Below are positions 38,829 to 48,491 of a DNA stretch of 64,000 nucleotides, piece after piece (positions within the stretch are counted from its first letter, which is position 1; each line of letters begins with the position of its first letter). A model generated the notes under the pieces. That model was not told the origin of the DNA. It saw only the letters and a program-made list of their open reading frames with translations, and did no database searches. Position numbers and translations under genes: made by a program. This stretch comes from Planctomycetota bacterium (GTDB lineage Bacteria; Planctomycetota; UBA1135; UBA2386): contig OZ245006.1 in assembly GCA_965223545.1 (NCBI GenBank), positions 1,024,001 through 1,088,000 of the forward strand, read 5' to 3'.

Positions 38829-41306
38829 ATGTTCGACTCCATCCACGGCGCGATCTCACTCGGCCCGCTCGCGACTCTGGTCACCACTCTGCTCCTGGTC
38901 AGCGCACTCGGCTTTGCCGGCGCTCCACTGTTGGTCTGGAGCATCGGCCTGCTCGGCTGGCTCTGGCTGCTGGGCACGCCCGCGATCCTCGTCGCACTGC
39001 TCGCGATCCCCACCGTGCTGCTCAACCTGCCTCCGCTGCGGCGCATGCTGGTCACCGGGCCGGTGCTCCGCTTCATGAAGGCCAAGGGCTTCCTGCCGGC
39101 GATCTCCGACACCGAGCGGACCGCGATCGAGGCCGGCACGGTGTGGGTCGACAAAGAGCTGTTCAGCGGCAAGCCGGACTTCCGCCGGCTGATGCAGGAG
39201 CCGTACCCCGACCTCGACGCGAAGGCGCAGGCGTTCTTGGACGGACCGGTCGAGGAGGTCTGCCGGATGACCGACGACTGGCAGGCGTGGGTGCAGCGCG
39301 ACCTGCCGACCGAGGTCTGGGACTATCTCAAGGAGAACCGCTTCTTCGGCGTGATGATCCCCGAGGAGTACGGCGGCTTGGGGTTCTCGGCGTCGGCCAA
39401 CAGCGCGATCGTGCAGAAACTGTCGTCGCGCTCCTCGCCGCTCGGGATCAGCGTCATGGTGCCCAACTCGCTCGGCCCCGCCGAGCTGCTCATGCACTAC
39501 GGCACCGACGAGCAGAAGAAGCACTACCTGCCGCGACTCGCGCGCGGTGAGGAGATGCCGTGCTTCGCGCTGACCGAGCCCAACGCCGGCTCGGACGCGA
39601 CCTCGATCGAGAGCCGCGCGGTCGTGTTCCGCGGCGAAGACGGCCAGCTCTACCTCCGGCTCAACTGGAACAAGCGCTACATCAGCCTGGCGGCGATCGC
39701 CACGGTGATCGGCCTCGCGGTCCAGCTCGACGACCCGGACGAGCTGCTGGGCAAGGGCAAGTCGGTGGGCATCACCTGCGTGCTGGTGCCGCACGACACC
39801 GCGGGCGTCGAGCTCGGCATGCGCCACGATCCACTCGGCGTGCCGTTCTACAACTGCCCGACGGTGGGCCGCGACGTCGTCGTACCGCTCAGCTGCATCA
39901 TCGGCGGCGAGGCGGGCGCCGGCCGCGGCTGGCAGATGCTGACCGAGTGCCTGTCGGCCGGGCGTGGTATCTCGCTGCCGGCGAGCGCCACCGCCGGCGT
40001 CAAGGGCGTCGCCCGCGTCGCCTCGGCGCACGCGGCGGTGCGCAAGCAGTTCGGCTTGCCGATCGGCAAGTTCGAGGGCATCGAGGAGCCGCTGGCGCGG
40101 GTCGGCGGCTTCGCCTACTTGCTCGAGGCGGCCCGGCGCTACACCAACGGCGCGCTCGACGCCGGCGCCAAGCCGGCGGTGGTCACCGCGATCGCCAAGT
40201 ACAACACCACCGAGCTGGCGCGCATCGCGATCAACGACGGCATGGACGTGCTCGGCGGCAACGCGATCTCGCGCGGACCGCGCAACCTGCTGGCGCACGG
40301 CTACATCTCGATGCCGATCAGCATCACGGTCGAGGGCGCCAACATCCTCACCCGCACGCTGATGGTCTTCGGTCAGGGCGCGATCCGCTGCCACCCGTAC
40401 GCATACGCCGAGATCGACGCGCTCTCGCGCGGCGACGTGACCGCGTTCGACAAGGCGTTCACCAAGCACATCGGGCACGTGGTGCGCAACGGCTTCCGCT
40501 GCGTCCTCTTGGGTCTATCGCGCGGTTACCTGCAGCCCGCCGCGCTGACCGGCCCGGCGGCCGACGCGGTGCGCAAGCTCAACTGGGCGTCGGCACAGTT
40601 CGCCTTCTTGGCCGATCTGGCGATGGGCGGCCTCGGCGGCGACCTCAAGCGCAAGGAGAAGGTCACCGGCCGCTTCGCCGACGTGTTCTCCTGGCTCTAC
40701 CTGGGCACGGCGACCGTGCGCCGCTTCGAGGCGGAGGGGCGCCGCCCCGAGGACCTGCCGTTCTTCCAGTGGTCGATGGCCTACGCGCTGTCGCGCATCC
40801 AAGAGGCGTTCGACGGCCTGTACCAGAACCTCAACCTGCCGGGCGCGGGCTGGCTGCTGCGCGGCCCGGTCGCCCTGTGGTCACGGCTCAACCCGATCGG
40901 CATCGCACCGCCGGACTGGCTCGGCCACAAGGTCGCCGCGGCGATGCAGGTGCCGGGCGAGCTGCGCAACCGCCTCACCGCCGGCATCCACGTGCCCACC
41001 GACGCCGACGAGCCGCTCGGGCGGCTGGAGCAGGCCTTCCGCATGTGCGTCGAAGCCGATGCCGTGGTGCGCAAGATCAAGGACGCCATCAAGCAGAAGC
41101 AGCTGCCGAAGGCGCGCCCCGAGAGCTTGCTCGAGCAGGCGCAGACCGCCGGCATCATCACCGAGGCGGATGCCGTGCTGGTGCGCGACGCCGACGCGGC
41201 GCGGGCCGACGCCCTGGCGGTCGACTCGTTCACCCTCGACGACTACCTCCGGCTGGCGGGGGTGGAGCGCGACACCGAGCCCGCCCTCCACGCCGGGCAG
41301 GGCTGA
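38829..41306 (+). CDS. fadE: Long-form acyl-CoA dehydrogenase FadE
   Basis: ISDTER.AIEAG, MVPNSLGPAELL, CFALTEP.AGSDA, WNKRYI, GRGISLP, ITVEGANILTR. Confidence 0.93.
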   Translation: MFDSIHGAISLGPLATLVTTLLLVSALGFAGAPLLVWSIGLLGWLWLLGTPAILVALLAIPTVLLNLPPLRRMLVTGPVLRFMKAKGFLPAISDTERTAIEAGTVWVDKELFSGKPDFRRLMQEPYPDLDAKAQAFLDGPVEEVCRMTDDWQAWVQRDLPTEVWDYLKENRFFGVMIPEEYGGLGFSASANSAIVQKLSSRSSPLGISVMVPNSLGPAELLMHYGTDEQKKHYLPRLARGEEMPCFALTEPNAGSDATSIESRAVVFRGEDGQLYLRLNWNKRYISLAAIATVIGLAVQLDDPDELLGKGKSVGITCVLVPHDTAGVELGMRHDPLGVPFYNCPTVGRDVVVPLSCIIGGEAGAGRGWQMLTECLSAGRGISLPASATAGVKGVARVASAHAAVRKQFGLPIGKFEGIEEPLARVGGFAYLLEAARRYTNGALDAGAKPAVVTAIAKYNTTELARIAINDGMDVLGGNAISRGPRNLLAHGYISMPISITVEGANILTRTLMVFGQGAIRCHPYAYAEIDALSRGDVTAFDKAFTKHIGHVVRNGFRCVLLGLSRGYLQPAALTGPAADAVRKLNWASAQFAFLADLAMGGLGGDLKRKEKVTGRFADVFSWLYLGTATVRRFEAEGRRPEDLPFFQWSMAYALSRIQEAFDGLYQNLNLPGAGWLLRGPVALWSRLNPIGIAPPDWLGHKVAAAMQVPGELRNRLTAGIHVPTDADEPLGRLEQAFRMCVEADAVVRKIKDAIKQKQLPKARPESLLEQAQTAGIITEADAVLVRDADAARADALAVDSFTLDDYLRLAGVERDTEPALHAGQG

Positions 41307-41368
41307 CGGCGGCGACCCGGGCAATGCCGGAGCCGCGACCGGCCTCCGCGGCGGGCTCTCGATTGGAT

Positions 41369-41395
41369 GAATCCAAGCGCCGCGCTCGAGCCGTA
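41369..41395 (+). promoter_or_regulatory. Candidate ECF autoregulatory promoter (GAATCC-N17-CGTA)
   Basis: GAATCC at 41369-41374 and CGTA at 41392-41395, upstream of the ECF sigma; resembles ATCC/CGTA-type ECF promoters. Confidence 0.4.
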
Positions 41396-41457
41396 TAGTC
41401 GGTGAGCGAGGCGCGCGTCTCGCCGCCTTTCCACGAAGCCCCATTGCCGAGGCCCCC

Positions 41458-42051
41458 GTGAGCTGTCCCGCCCGTCATAGCCAGCCGCCCCCGGACGCAC
41501 TGGGCGACTTGCTGCGCCGCGTAACGGCCGGCGACGAGCCCGCGCTCGCGACGCTCTACGACGCGACGGCGCGCTACGTGTACGGGCTGGCGCTGCGCGT
41601 CTTGGACGACGCCGGCGCCGCCGAAGAGGTCACCCTCGATGTCTACCAGCACATTTGGACCCGCGCCGACCAGTTCGATCGGCAGCGGGGCTCGGCGCAC
41701 GGCTGGATCCTGGCGATCGCGCGCAACCGCGCCATCGATCGGCGGCGGGCCCGCGCCGCGGCCGACCGGCGCGATGCCCAGCTCACCGAGCAGGGCAGCG
41801 ATCCCATGGACCCCCGACCGGACCCTCACACGCGCGCCATGTTGGCCGACCGCGGCGAACGCGTGCTCCGCGCGATGGACAGCCTGAGCGCGGAACAACG
41901 CGCGGTGATCGAGCTGGCGTTCTTCGCGGGCGAGAGCCACGGTCAGATCGCCACCCGCCTCCGCCTGCCGCTCGGCACCGTCAAGACCCGCATCCGTTGC
42001 GGCATCCGCCACCTGGCGCGGCTGCTGGCGCCGTTGGAGGACGACCGATGA
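41458..42051 (+). CDS. ECF RNA polymerase sigma factor (SigK/RpoE-like)
   Basis: LYD....VYGLALRVL, AEEVTLDVY, WILAIARNRAID, ELAFFAG.SH.QIA..L.LPLGTVKTRIR. Confidence 0.92.
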   Translation: MSCPARHSQPPPDALGDLLRRVTAGDEPALATLYDATARYVYGLALRVLDDAGAAEEVTLDVYQHIWTRADQFDRQRGSAHGWILAIARNRAIDRRRARAAADRRDAQLTEQGSDPMDPRPDPHTRAMLADRGERVLRAMDSLSAEQRAVIELAFFAGESHGQIATRLRLPLGTVKTRIRCGIRHLARLLAPLEDDR

Positions 42052-42719
42052 ACGCCCCGATGGATCCCCGTGAGCATCGCCGCCAAGCGCTCGAGCACGT
42101 CGCTCTCGACGCGATCGGCGCGCTCTCCAGCACCGACGACGGCGTCTGGGTCCGCAGCCACCTCGAGGCCGGCTGCGACATCTGCGCCGCGGCCGCGAAC
42201 CGCGTCGAGACCGTCTTCGACGAGCTGTTGCTGGCCGCACCCGCTGTCGAGCCGCCCGCCCGATTGCGCCACCGCCTGCTCGCCGGACTGGAAGCGCGAG
42301 ACCAAACCGAGGAAGCCCCGCAGCCCGAGCATCGGCCCGACGACAGCCCCACGCAGATCTGGAATCGCTGGATCGCCAGCGAGCCGAAGTTCTACACCCT
42401 ACCGGCCTCCGAACACGGCTGGCAGGAGATCGATGTCCCCGGCATCTCGGTGCGCCAGCTGCACGTCGACGAGCTGCGCGACCAAGTCACGATGCTGATC
42501 CGCATGGCGGCGGGCACGTCCTATCCCGCCCACCGCCACGGCGGCGACGAGCAGTGCTACGTGCTGGCCGGTGACCTGCGCGTCGAAGACGAGGTGCTCG
42601 GCGCAGGCGACTACCAGTTCGCCCCCGAGGGCAGCCTGCACGGGGTGCAGCGCACCGACGGCGGCTGCACCTTGCTCATCGTGTCGTCTCGAAACGACCA
42701 GTTGTTGACTCCCGACTGA
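42048..42719 (+). CDS. ChrR-like anti-sigma factor (zinc-binding domain plus cupin)
   Basis: HLEAGCDIC zinc motif; cupin YPAHRHGGDEQCYVL.G...H; ATGA overlap with the sigma gene. Confidence 0.85.
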   Translation: MNAPMDPREHRRQALEHVALDAIGALSSTDDGVWVRSHLEAGCDICAAAANRVETVFDELLLAAPAVEPPARLRHRLLAGLEARDQTEEAPQPEHRPDDSPTQIWNRWIASEPKFYTLPASEHGWQEIDVPGISVRQLHVDELRDQVTMLIRMAAGTSYPAHRHGGDEQCYVLAGDLRVEDEVLGAGDYQFAPEGSLHGVQRTDGGCTLLIVSSRNDQLLTPD

Positions 42720-42799
42720 CCAGCCCCACACACCGCTGGTCGGCACTCGAAACCGCGCCTCCACAGGGTGCGGTCCGTACCCACCGCCGACGAAAAGCC

Positions 42800-44092
42800 A
42801 TGACTCCGATGCGTTCCCTCTCCCTGTTCACCACGCTGGCGCTCGCCGCCTGCACTGCCGAGGTGCCCGCTCCCGCCGCGAACGCCGCCGCGTCTCTCAA
42901 CCCCGATCCGTGGCGGATCGTCCTCGCCCCGCAAGGCGGCGACAGCGAAGTCGACGTGCGCATCGCGCGCTGTCAAACCGAGGTCGAGCGCGCCACCGAT
43001 CCGGTCCCCCACCTCGAACGGCTCGGCTTCCTGTTCGTCAACAAGGCGCGCACGACCTTCGACGCCGGCTACTACAAGCTCGCCGAACAGTGTGCCGACT
43101 GCATCGAGGAGCGCCAGCCGGACGCACCCGCGGCGCTGCTCCTGCGGGGCCACGTGCTACAGAGCCTGCACCACTTCGAACGCGCCGAGGGCATCGCGCG
43201 CCAGCTGGTCGCGGCGCGTGGCAACTTCCTCGATCACGGCTTGCTCGGTGACGTGCTGCTCGACCGCGGCGACCTCGAGGGCGCGCTCGACAGCTATCAG
43301 GCGATGCTCGACCTCAAGCCCTGCTTGCAGTCGTACTCGCGCGCGGCGCGCGCCCGTTGGCTGCGCGGCGACGTGGACGGAGCCATCGTACTCATGCGCC
43401 TGGCGGTCGGCGCCGGCAGCCACCGCGATCCCGAGCCGTTGGCCTGGAGCTACGCCTGGCTGTCGACGATCGAGCTGCAGAACGGCGAGCTCGACGCGGC
43501 GGCCCGCTCGGTACGGCGGGCCCTCGAGCTCCTCCCCGACTACGCCCCCGCACTCCTCGCCGACGCACGCGTGCGACAGCACCGCGGTGACCGACAGGGC
43601 GCGTTGCAGCAGCTGCGCCAAGCTGCCGGCCAGCGCCCGGAGCCAGAGTACCTGTGGGCACTCGCGGACGCGCTGCGCGCGCACGGCGATGCTCCGGAGG
43701 CGGCGCGCGTCGAGGCCGAGCTCGAAGCGACCGGCGCCAGCGCCGATCCGCGCACCTACGCGCTCTACCTCGCCACCCGCCGGCGCCTGCCCGAGCAGGC
43801 CCTGCGGCTGGTCGGCGGCGAGCTCGACCAGCGGCACGACGTGCACACGCACGACGCACACGCGTGGGCGCTGCACGCCGCCGGCCAAACCAGCGCCGCC
43901 CGCGCCGCTGCGCGCAAAGCACTGGCGGCCGGCACCGAAGACGCGCGGCTGTTCTACCACGCCGGGGTGATCGCGGCCGCCGCCGGCGACGGCGAACAGG
44001 CCCGCGCACTGCTGGCGCGCGCCGACGCCCTGCGCGCCCTGCTGCTGCCATCCGAGCAGAGCGAGGTCGACCAGCACCTCGCGCGCCTCTAG
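42800..44092 (+). CDS. Tetratricopeptide-repeat lipoprotein
   Basis: Lipobox LAAC followed by helical TPR-like repeats. Confidence 0.8.
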   Translation: MTPMRSLSLFTTLALAACTAEVPAPAANAAASLNPDPWRIVLAPQGGDSEVDVRIARCQTEVERATDPVPHLERLGFLFVNKARTTFDAGYYKLAEQCADCIEERQPDAPAALLLRGHVLQSLHHFERAEGIARQLVAARGNFLDHGLLGDVLLDRGDLEGALDSYQAMLDLKPCLQSYSRAARARWLRGDVDGAIVLMRLAVGAGSHRDPEPLAWSYAWLSTIELQNGELDAAARSVRRALELLPDYAPALLADARVRQHRGDRQGALQQLRQAAGQRPEPEYLWALADALRAHGDAPEAARVEAELEATGASADPRTYALYLATRRRLPEQALRLVGGELDQRHDVHTHDAHAWALHAAGQTSAARAAARKALAAGTEDARLFYHAGVIAAAAGDGEQARALLARADALRALLLPSEQSEVDQHLARL

Positions 44093-44217
44093 CTGAACCA
44101 CCCCAGCGCCCCGCACTCGGCGCGGAGACGACCACCGACCCAACGTCGGGCGGTGGCGGTCCGCGTCGTGTTCTTCAAACCACCCCCAACTCCATACACA
44201 CATCTGGAGACCCATTC

Positions 44218-45669
44218 ATGCAACGCAATCGCTCCCCGCTCCTCTGTCTCGCTGCCGGCCTGGCCGCAGCCGCCTTGCCGAGCAACGCGGCAGCTTCCAG
44301 CCACATGGACGCACCGCTGATCACCCTGGATGACGCCGCGAACACCACCGACGTGTACGCGTTCGTCAGCGTGGACCCGGTCGGCAACAAGTACCTCACC
44401 ACCGCGCTCTCGGTCTACCCGTTCGAAGAGCCGGGCATCGGCCCCAACAAGTACAACTTCGACGACGACGTGCTCTACGGCATCCATCTGGCGGCCGGTC
44501 CGGACTTGGGGCAGGGCAAGCCGACGTTCAGCTACTACCTGCAGTTCGACACGTCATACAAGAACACCAAGACCATCTTGCAGTCGTACACCGGCGTGGT
44601 GAACGACGTCGACGACGCTGCGCAGAACCTGACGCAGCGCTACACGGTGACGGCGATCGACCTGCGCGCGGGTGGCCGCGGCACCCGCGTGCTCGGCGCC
44701 GGCGTGGTGCCACCCAACAATCAGGGCAACGCCACTCCGGAGTACAACGTCGGCGGCGGCGAAGGCGTCGCCAAGGACGGCGTCGCCAGCGTTCAGCAGC
44801 TCGACAAGTACACCGCGCAGAGCATCGCCGCCCTCGGCGAGGGACACCACAGCTTCGCCGGCCAGCGCGACGACGGCTTCTACGGCGACATCCAGGCGGT
44901 GTTCGACCTGCTGTCGCTGCGCAACCCCGGCGTCGACTCCCAGCACGGCTTCAACGTGCACACCATCGTGCTGCAGATCCCGATGGCGGCGATCGGCGGT
45001 GATCAACAGATGGTCGGCGTCTGGGGCACCACCGCCCGGCGGCAGGTCAACGTCCGCGCCGCCGACCGCCAGCGCATCCAGCTCGGCCGCTTCGTGCAGG
45101 TCGGACGCCAGGGCAACCCGCTGTTCTGCGAGGGCTTCGTCGCGATCGAGGACAAGGACCGCTACAATCGCACCGGACCCGACGTCGACAGCACACTGTT
45201 CCGGAAGTACGCCGAGACCCCGGAGCTCGCGGCGCTGCTCAACGCGATCGTGTTCAAGGGCGCGCCGATCTCCGGGATCGAGACCAACCGCACCGACCTC
45301 GCCGGGATCTTCATTCCCGATGTGATCAAGGTCGACCTCTCGACCGGCCCGGTGCCGCTCGCCGGCGGCGGCCCGAACCATCCGACCAACCCGGACGATC
45401 CCGGCTTCTCGCGGCTGAGCGTGTTCGGCGGCGACACGATCTTCAGCCCGCTGCAACAGCAGATGGTGCCCAGCGGCTGGCCGAACGGCCGCCGCTTCGG
45501 TGACGACGTGGTCGACATCGGGGTCTCCGCCGTGATCAGCGATCTGCGCGGCACCAACCCCGTGATCCGTACCGCCGGCGACAACGTCGACGGCAACGAA
45601 ATCGCCTACAGCAAGGTGATGCCGTACGCGGCCACGCCGCTCAACGGCCGCAACCACAGCCACCACTGA
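44218..45669 (+). CDS. DUF4331 family secreted protein
   Basis: SSHMDAP, NTTDVYAF, FAGQRDDGF, R.GNP, GWPNGRRFGDDVVD; ends NHSHH. Confidence 0.9.
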   Translation: MQRNRSPLLCLAAGLAAAALPSNAAASSHMDAPLITLDDAANTTDVYAFVSVDPVGNKYLTTALSVYPFEEPGIGPNKYNFDDDVLYGIHLAAGPDLGQGKPTFSYYLQFDTSYKNTKTILQSYTGVVNDVDDAAQNLTQRYTVTAIDLRAGGRGTRVLGAGVVPPNNQGNATPEYNVGGGEGVAKDGVASVQQLDKYTAQSIAALGEGHHSFAGQRDDGFYGDIQAVFDLLSLRNPGVDSQHGFNVHTIVLQIPMAAIGGDQQMVGVWGTTARRQVNVRAADRQRIQLGRFVQVGRQGNPLFCEGFVAIEDKDRYNRTGPDVDSTLFRKYAETPELAALLNAIVFKGAPISGIETNRTDLAGIFIPDVIKVDLSTGPVPLAGGGPNHPTNPDDPGFSRLSVFGGDTIFSPLQQQMVPSGWPNGRRFGDDVVDIGVSAVISDLRGTNPVIRTAGDNVDGNEIAYSKVMPYAATPLNGRNHSHH

Positions 45670-45757
45670 CCCCGACCGCGCGGGCACGGGAACGCCGTGC
45701 CCGCGCCAACCACCCCACACACCTTCGCTTCCCCACACACCTTCCGAGACCTCCGTC

Positions 45758-46825
45758 ATGCGCCTGCCCGTTTCGTTGCTGGCTGCTTCCCTGCTCGCCG
45801 CTCCCGTCCTCTCCCACGACCCCGGCCTCAGCGCGGCGTCGGTCCGCGCCGGCGCCACCGCGATCGAGGTCGACGTCTCGCTCAGCAACGCCGACGCGGC
45901 CGGCGCCCTGCCCGCCGACCTGGACGGGGACGGCGCGATCTCGGCTGCCGAGCTGCACCGTGCGCGCGGGGAGTTGCAGGCGTACTTCGCGGCCCACCCC
46001 GTTCTGACCATCGGCGACGCCATCCCGGAGCTGGTCTCCGCCGCCTTCGCCATCGGCGACGAGCGCGACGTCGTCTGCCGGCTGCGCTACGCGCGAGCCG
46101 AAGACGGGGCGCTGACCTACTCGGCGCCGCTGCTCGAAACGCTGCCGCGCGGCCACCGGCAGTACGCGGCAATCTACGATGGCGCCGGCGGGCGCCGCGC
46201 CGAAGCGGTGCTACACCGCGGTCATCCGGGCCTGCGCGCATCGTTGGACGGCGGCACCGATGCCAGCCGCAACGCCGGAGCCTTTGCCTTCGCGGTGCTC
46301 GGCGTCGAGCACATCCTGATCGGTTACGACCACATCCTGTTCCTGCTGGCCTTGCTGCTCGCGACGCCGTCGCTGCGCTCCGCGCTGTTGGTCATCACGA
46401 CCTTCACGGTGGCGCATTCGGCGACGCTCGCGGTGGCGACCCTGGACCTCGTTCGTCTACCAGGTTCGCTGGTCGAAGCGGTGATCGCCGCCTCGATCCT
46501 CTGGGTGGCCGCCGACAACCTGCGCCGCCGTGGCTCGGGCGCGCGCCTCGGAGTGACCTTCGGCTTCGGCCTGGTGCACGGCTTCGGCTTTGCCTCGGTG
46601 CTGCGGGACCTCGGCATCGCCGAGGCCGGTGGCGTGGTGCTGCCGCTGTTGTCGTTCAACGCCGGGGTCGAGCTCGGCCAGCTGGCGATCGCCGCCCTGG
46701 CACTGCCGATCCTGCACCGCTTGGCCCGCCGCCCGACGTTCCGGTCGCGGATCCTGCCGGCCGCGTCCTGCACCGTGGGCGCGATCGGTGCGTGGTGGCT
46801 GCTCGAACGGACCCTGCTCGGTTAG
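45758..46825 (+). CDS. HupE/UreJ family protein
   Basis: Mature N-terminal His; GVEHILIGYDHILFL, FTVAHS, EAVIAASI, FGLVHGFGFA, FNAGVELGQ. Confidence 0.9.
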   Translation: MRLPVSLLAASLLAAPVLSHDPGLSAASVRAGATAIEVDVSLSNADAAGALPADLDGDGAISAAELHRARGELQAYFAAHPVLTIGDAIPELVSAAFAIGDERDVVCRLRYARAEDGALTYSAPLLETLPRGHRQYAAIYDGAGGRRAEAVLHRGHPGLRASLDGGTDASRNAGAFAFAVLGVEHILIGYDHILFLLALLLATPSLRSALLVITTFTVAHSATLAVATLDLVRLPGSLVEAVIAASILWVAADNLRRRGSGARLGVTFGFGLVHGFGFASVLRDLGIAEAGGVVLPLLSFNAGVELGQLAIAALALPILHRLARRPTFRSRILPAASCTVGAIGAWWLLERTLLG

Positions 46826-46838
46826 GGAGACGGCCGCC

Positions 46839-48050
46839 ATGCGCACATCGATCTGCACGCCGCCCGCGGGCGGAGCTGCTACCCGAACCCCAACTCTCGG
46901 CGCGGCATTCGCCGCGCTCGCCGTCGCCGCGGGAGCCACCGCGCGCACACAGGAACCCGGGACCAAAGCCCTGCTCACCGAGCCGGCCACCGCGACGCTC
47001 GACGCGCGGCGCTACGGCTTCGAACTCGAAGCGGATCTCACCAGTGAGCTGACGCGCACGAGCTCGCCCGCTTCGGGGAGCCGGGGATCTGGACGCGGCC
47101 TGCTCTCGGTTCGCCTGTCCGCCGACCTCGAACGCACGCTGCGCTTGCCCGGCCTGCACGCGTTCGCCGACTACCGCAGCACGCGCGGCCGACCGACGGA
47201 CACCGGCGACCTGCAGGGCCTGTCCGGCATCGAGGCCGAAGACTCCGATCAGCTCGCCGAGCTGTGGCTCGAACAGCGCGTGGCCGGCGACTCCACCACA
47301 GTCCGCTGGGGCGTGCTGGACGCGAACCGCGAGTTCGCGGCCGTCGACGCCGCGGGCAACTTCGCGACCGCCAGCATCGGCACATCGCCGACCCTCCTCG
47401 GTATGCCCAGCTGGCCCGCCACCGCGCCGGGCATCGAGCTGCACATCGAGACCGCGGCGGGGCTGAGCATCGGCGCCGGCTTCTACGACACCCGCCACGC
47501 GGCACCGCTGAGCGCGGCCTCCCACGGGGCCGCCCTGCCGGCGGACTGGTTCGCCGTGCTGCAGACCGGCCTCGTGTGGCGGAGTGGCCGGCTGGCCGTC
47601 GGCGGCTGGCGCTCCGAGGCGCGCTCCCCGCGCTTCGCTGGCAGCACCCGTGCGGGCGCCGGCGGCGTCTACGTGCTCGGTGAACAACAGCTGTGGCGCG
47701 AGCACCGCGGTTGGCCCGAATCGGCCGAGGGACTGCGCGCATTCGGCCTGGTTGCGGCGACGGATGGCGCGATCGCTCCAGCGGCGCGCCACGCGATGGC
47801 GGGACTGACCTACGTCGGGGCATTGCCCGGTCGGCCGGCCGACGAGATCGGCCTGGCACTCAGCCACGTCGTGCCCGGCACGCCGGCCGAAGCAGCACCC
47901 CTGCGCGACGAGAGGGTGGCGGAGCTCTACTACCGCGTCGCGCTCGGCGAGCGCACGGCACTGCAAGTCGGCGTGCAACACATCGCGCACGCCGGCGGTG
48001 GCGCTGCCGACGCGTGGGCGCTGGGCGTTCGCTGCGAATTGGCGTTCTGA
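46839..48050 (+). CDS. OprB-like carbohydrate-selective porin
   Basis: DLQGLSGIE, LAELWLEQ, G.LDAN.EF, GRPADEIGL, ELYYR, C-terminal Phe. Confidence 0.8.
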   Translation: MRTSICTPPAGGAATRTPTLGAAFAALAVAAGATARTQEPGTKALLTEPATATLDARRYGFELEADLTSELTRTSSPASGSRGSGRGLLSVRLSADLERTLRLPGLHAFADYRSTRGRPTDTGDLQGLSGIEAEDSDQLAELWLEQRVAGDSTTVRWGVLDANREFAAVDAAGNFATASIGTSPTLLGMPSWPATAPGIELHIETAAGLSIGAGFYDTRHAAPLSAASHGAALPADWFAVLQTGLVWRSGRLAVGGWRSEARSPRFAGSTRAGAGGVYVLGEQQLWREHRGWPESAEGLRAFGLVAATDGAIAPAARHAMAGLTYVGALPGRPADEIGLALSHVVPGTPAEAAPLRDERVAELYYRVALGERTALQVGVQHIAHAGGGAADAWALGVRCELAF

Positions 48051-48094
48051 CGGCCTTGGGAAGTGTTGTCGCCGCGCGAAGACTTGCGGACCCT

Positions 48095-48491
48095 GAGGCT
48101 CAGCGCGGCCACGTCCGCAACCAACTCGGATGCCGCTTTTGCCGGAGCGGCTTAGTAGGTCCGACCCATCCGCCGCCGCGCTGAGCCAGGAGGCACTGTC
48201 TCTCCGAGCCTCCGGCGCGGCGGCGACGTTGCCATGTCGGCGGCGTCGCCTCGAAAATGTTGTCGAAGCTCGAAGAGTCGAGGCGCCGGAGGCTCAGCGC
48301 GGCCACGTCCGCAACCAACTCGGATGCCGCTTTTGCCGGAGCGGCTTGGTAGGTCCGACCCATCCGCCGCCGCGCTGAGCCAGGAGGCACTGTCTCTCCG
48401 AGCCTCCGGCGCGGCGGCGACGTTGCCATGTCGGCGGCGTCGCCTCGAGAATGTTGTCGAAGCTCGAAGGTTCGAGGCGCCGGAGGCTCAG
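48095..48491. repeat. 194-bp tandem direct repeat (2 full copies plus ends) with internal inverted repeats
   Basis: Units begin GAGGCTCAG at 48095, 48289 and 48483; about 4 mismatches between copies; two 13-bp inverted repeat pairs per unit. Confidence 0.92.

Noticed and set aside
42749..42779. Second ECF promoter (GAAACC...CGTA) before the TPR gene
   Set aside because: The 21-nt spacer is too long compared with the 17-nt candidate at 41369.
48095..48491. CRISPR array
   Set aside because: Units are 194 bp and contiguous, with no unique spacers and no cas genes nearby.
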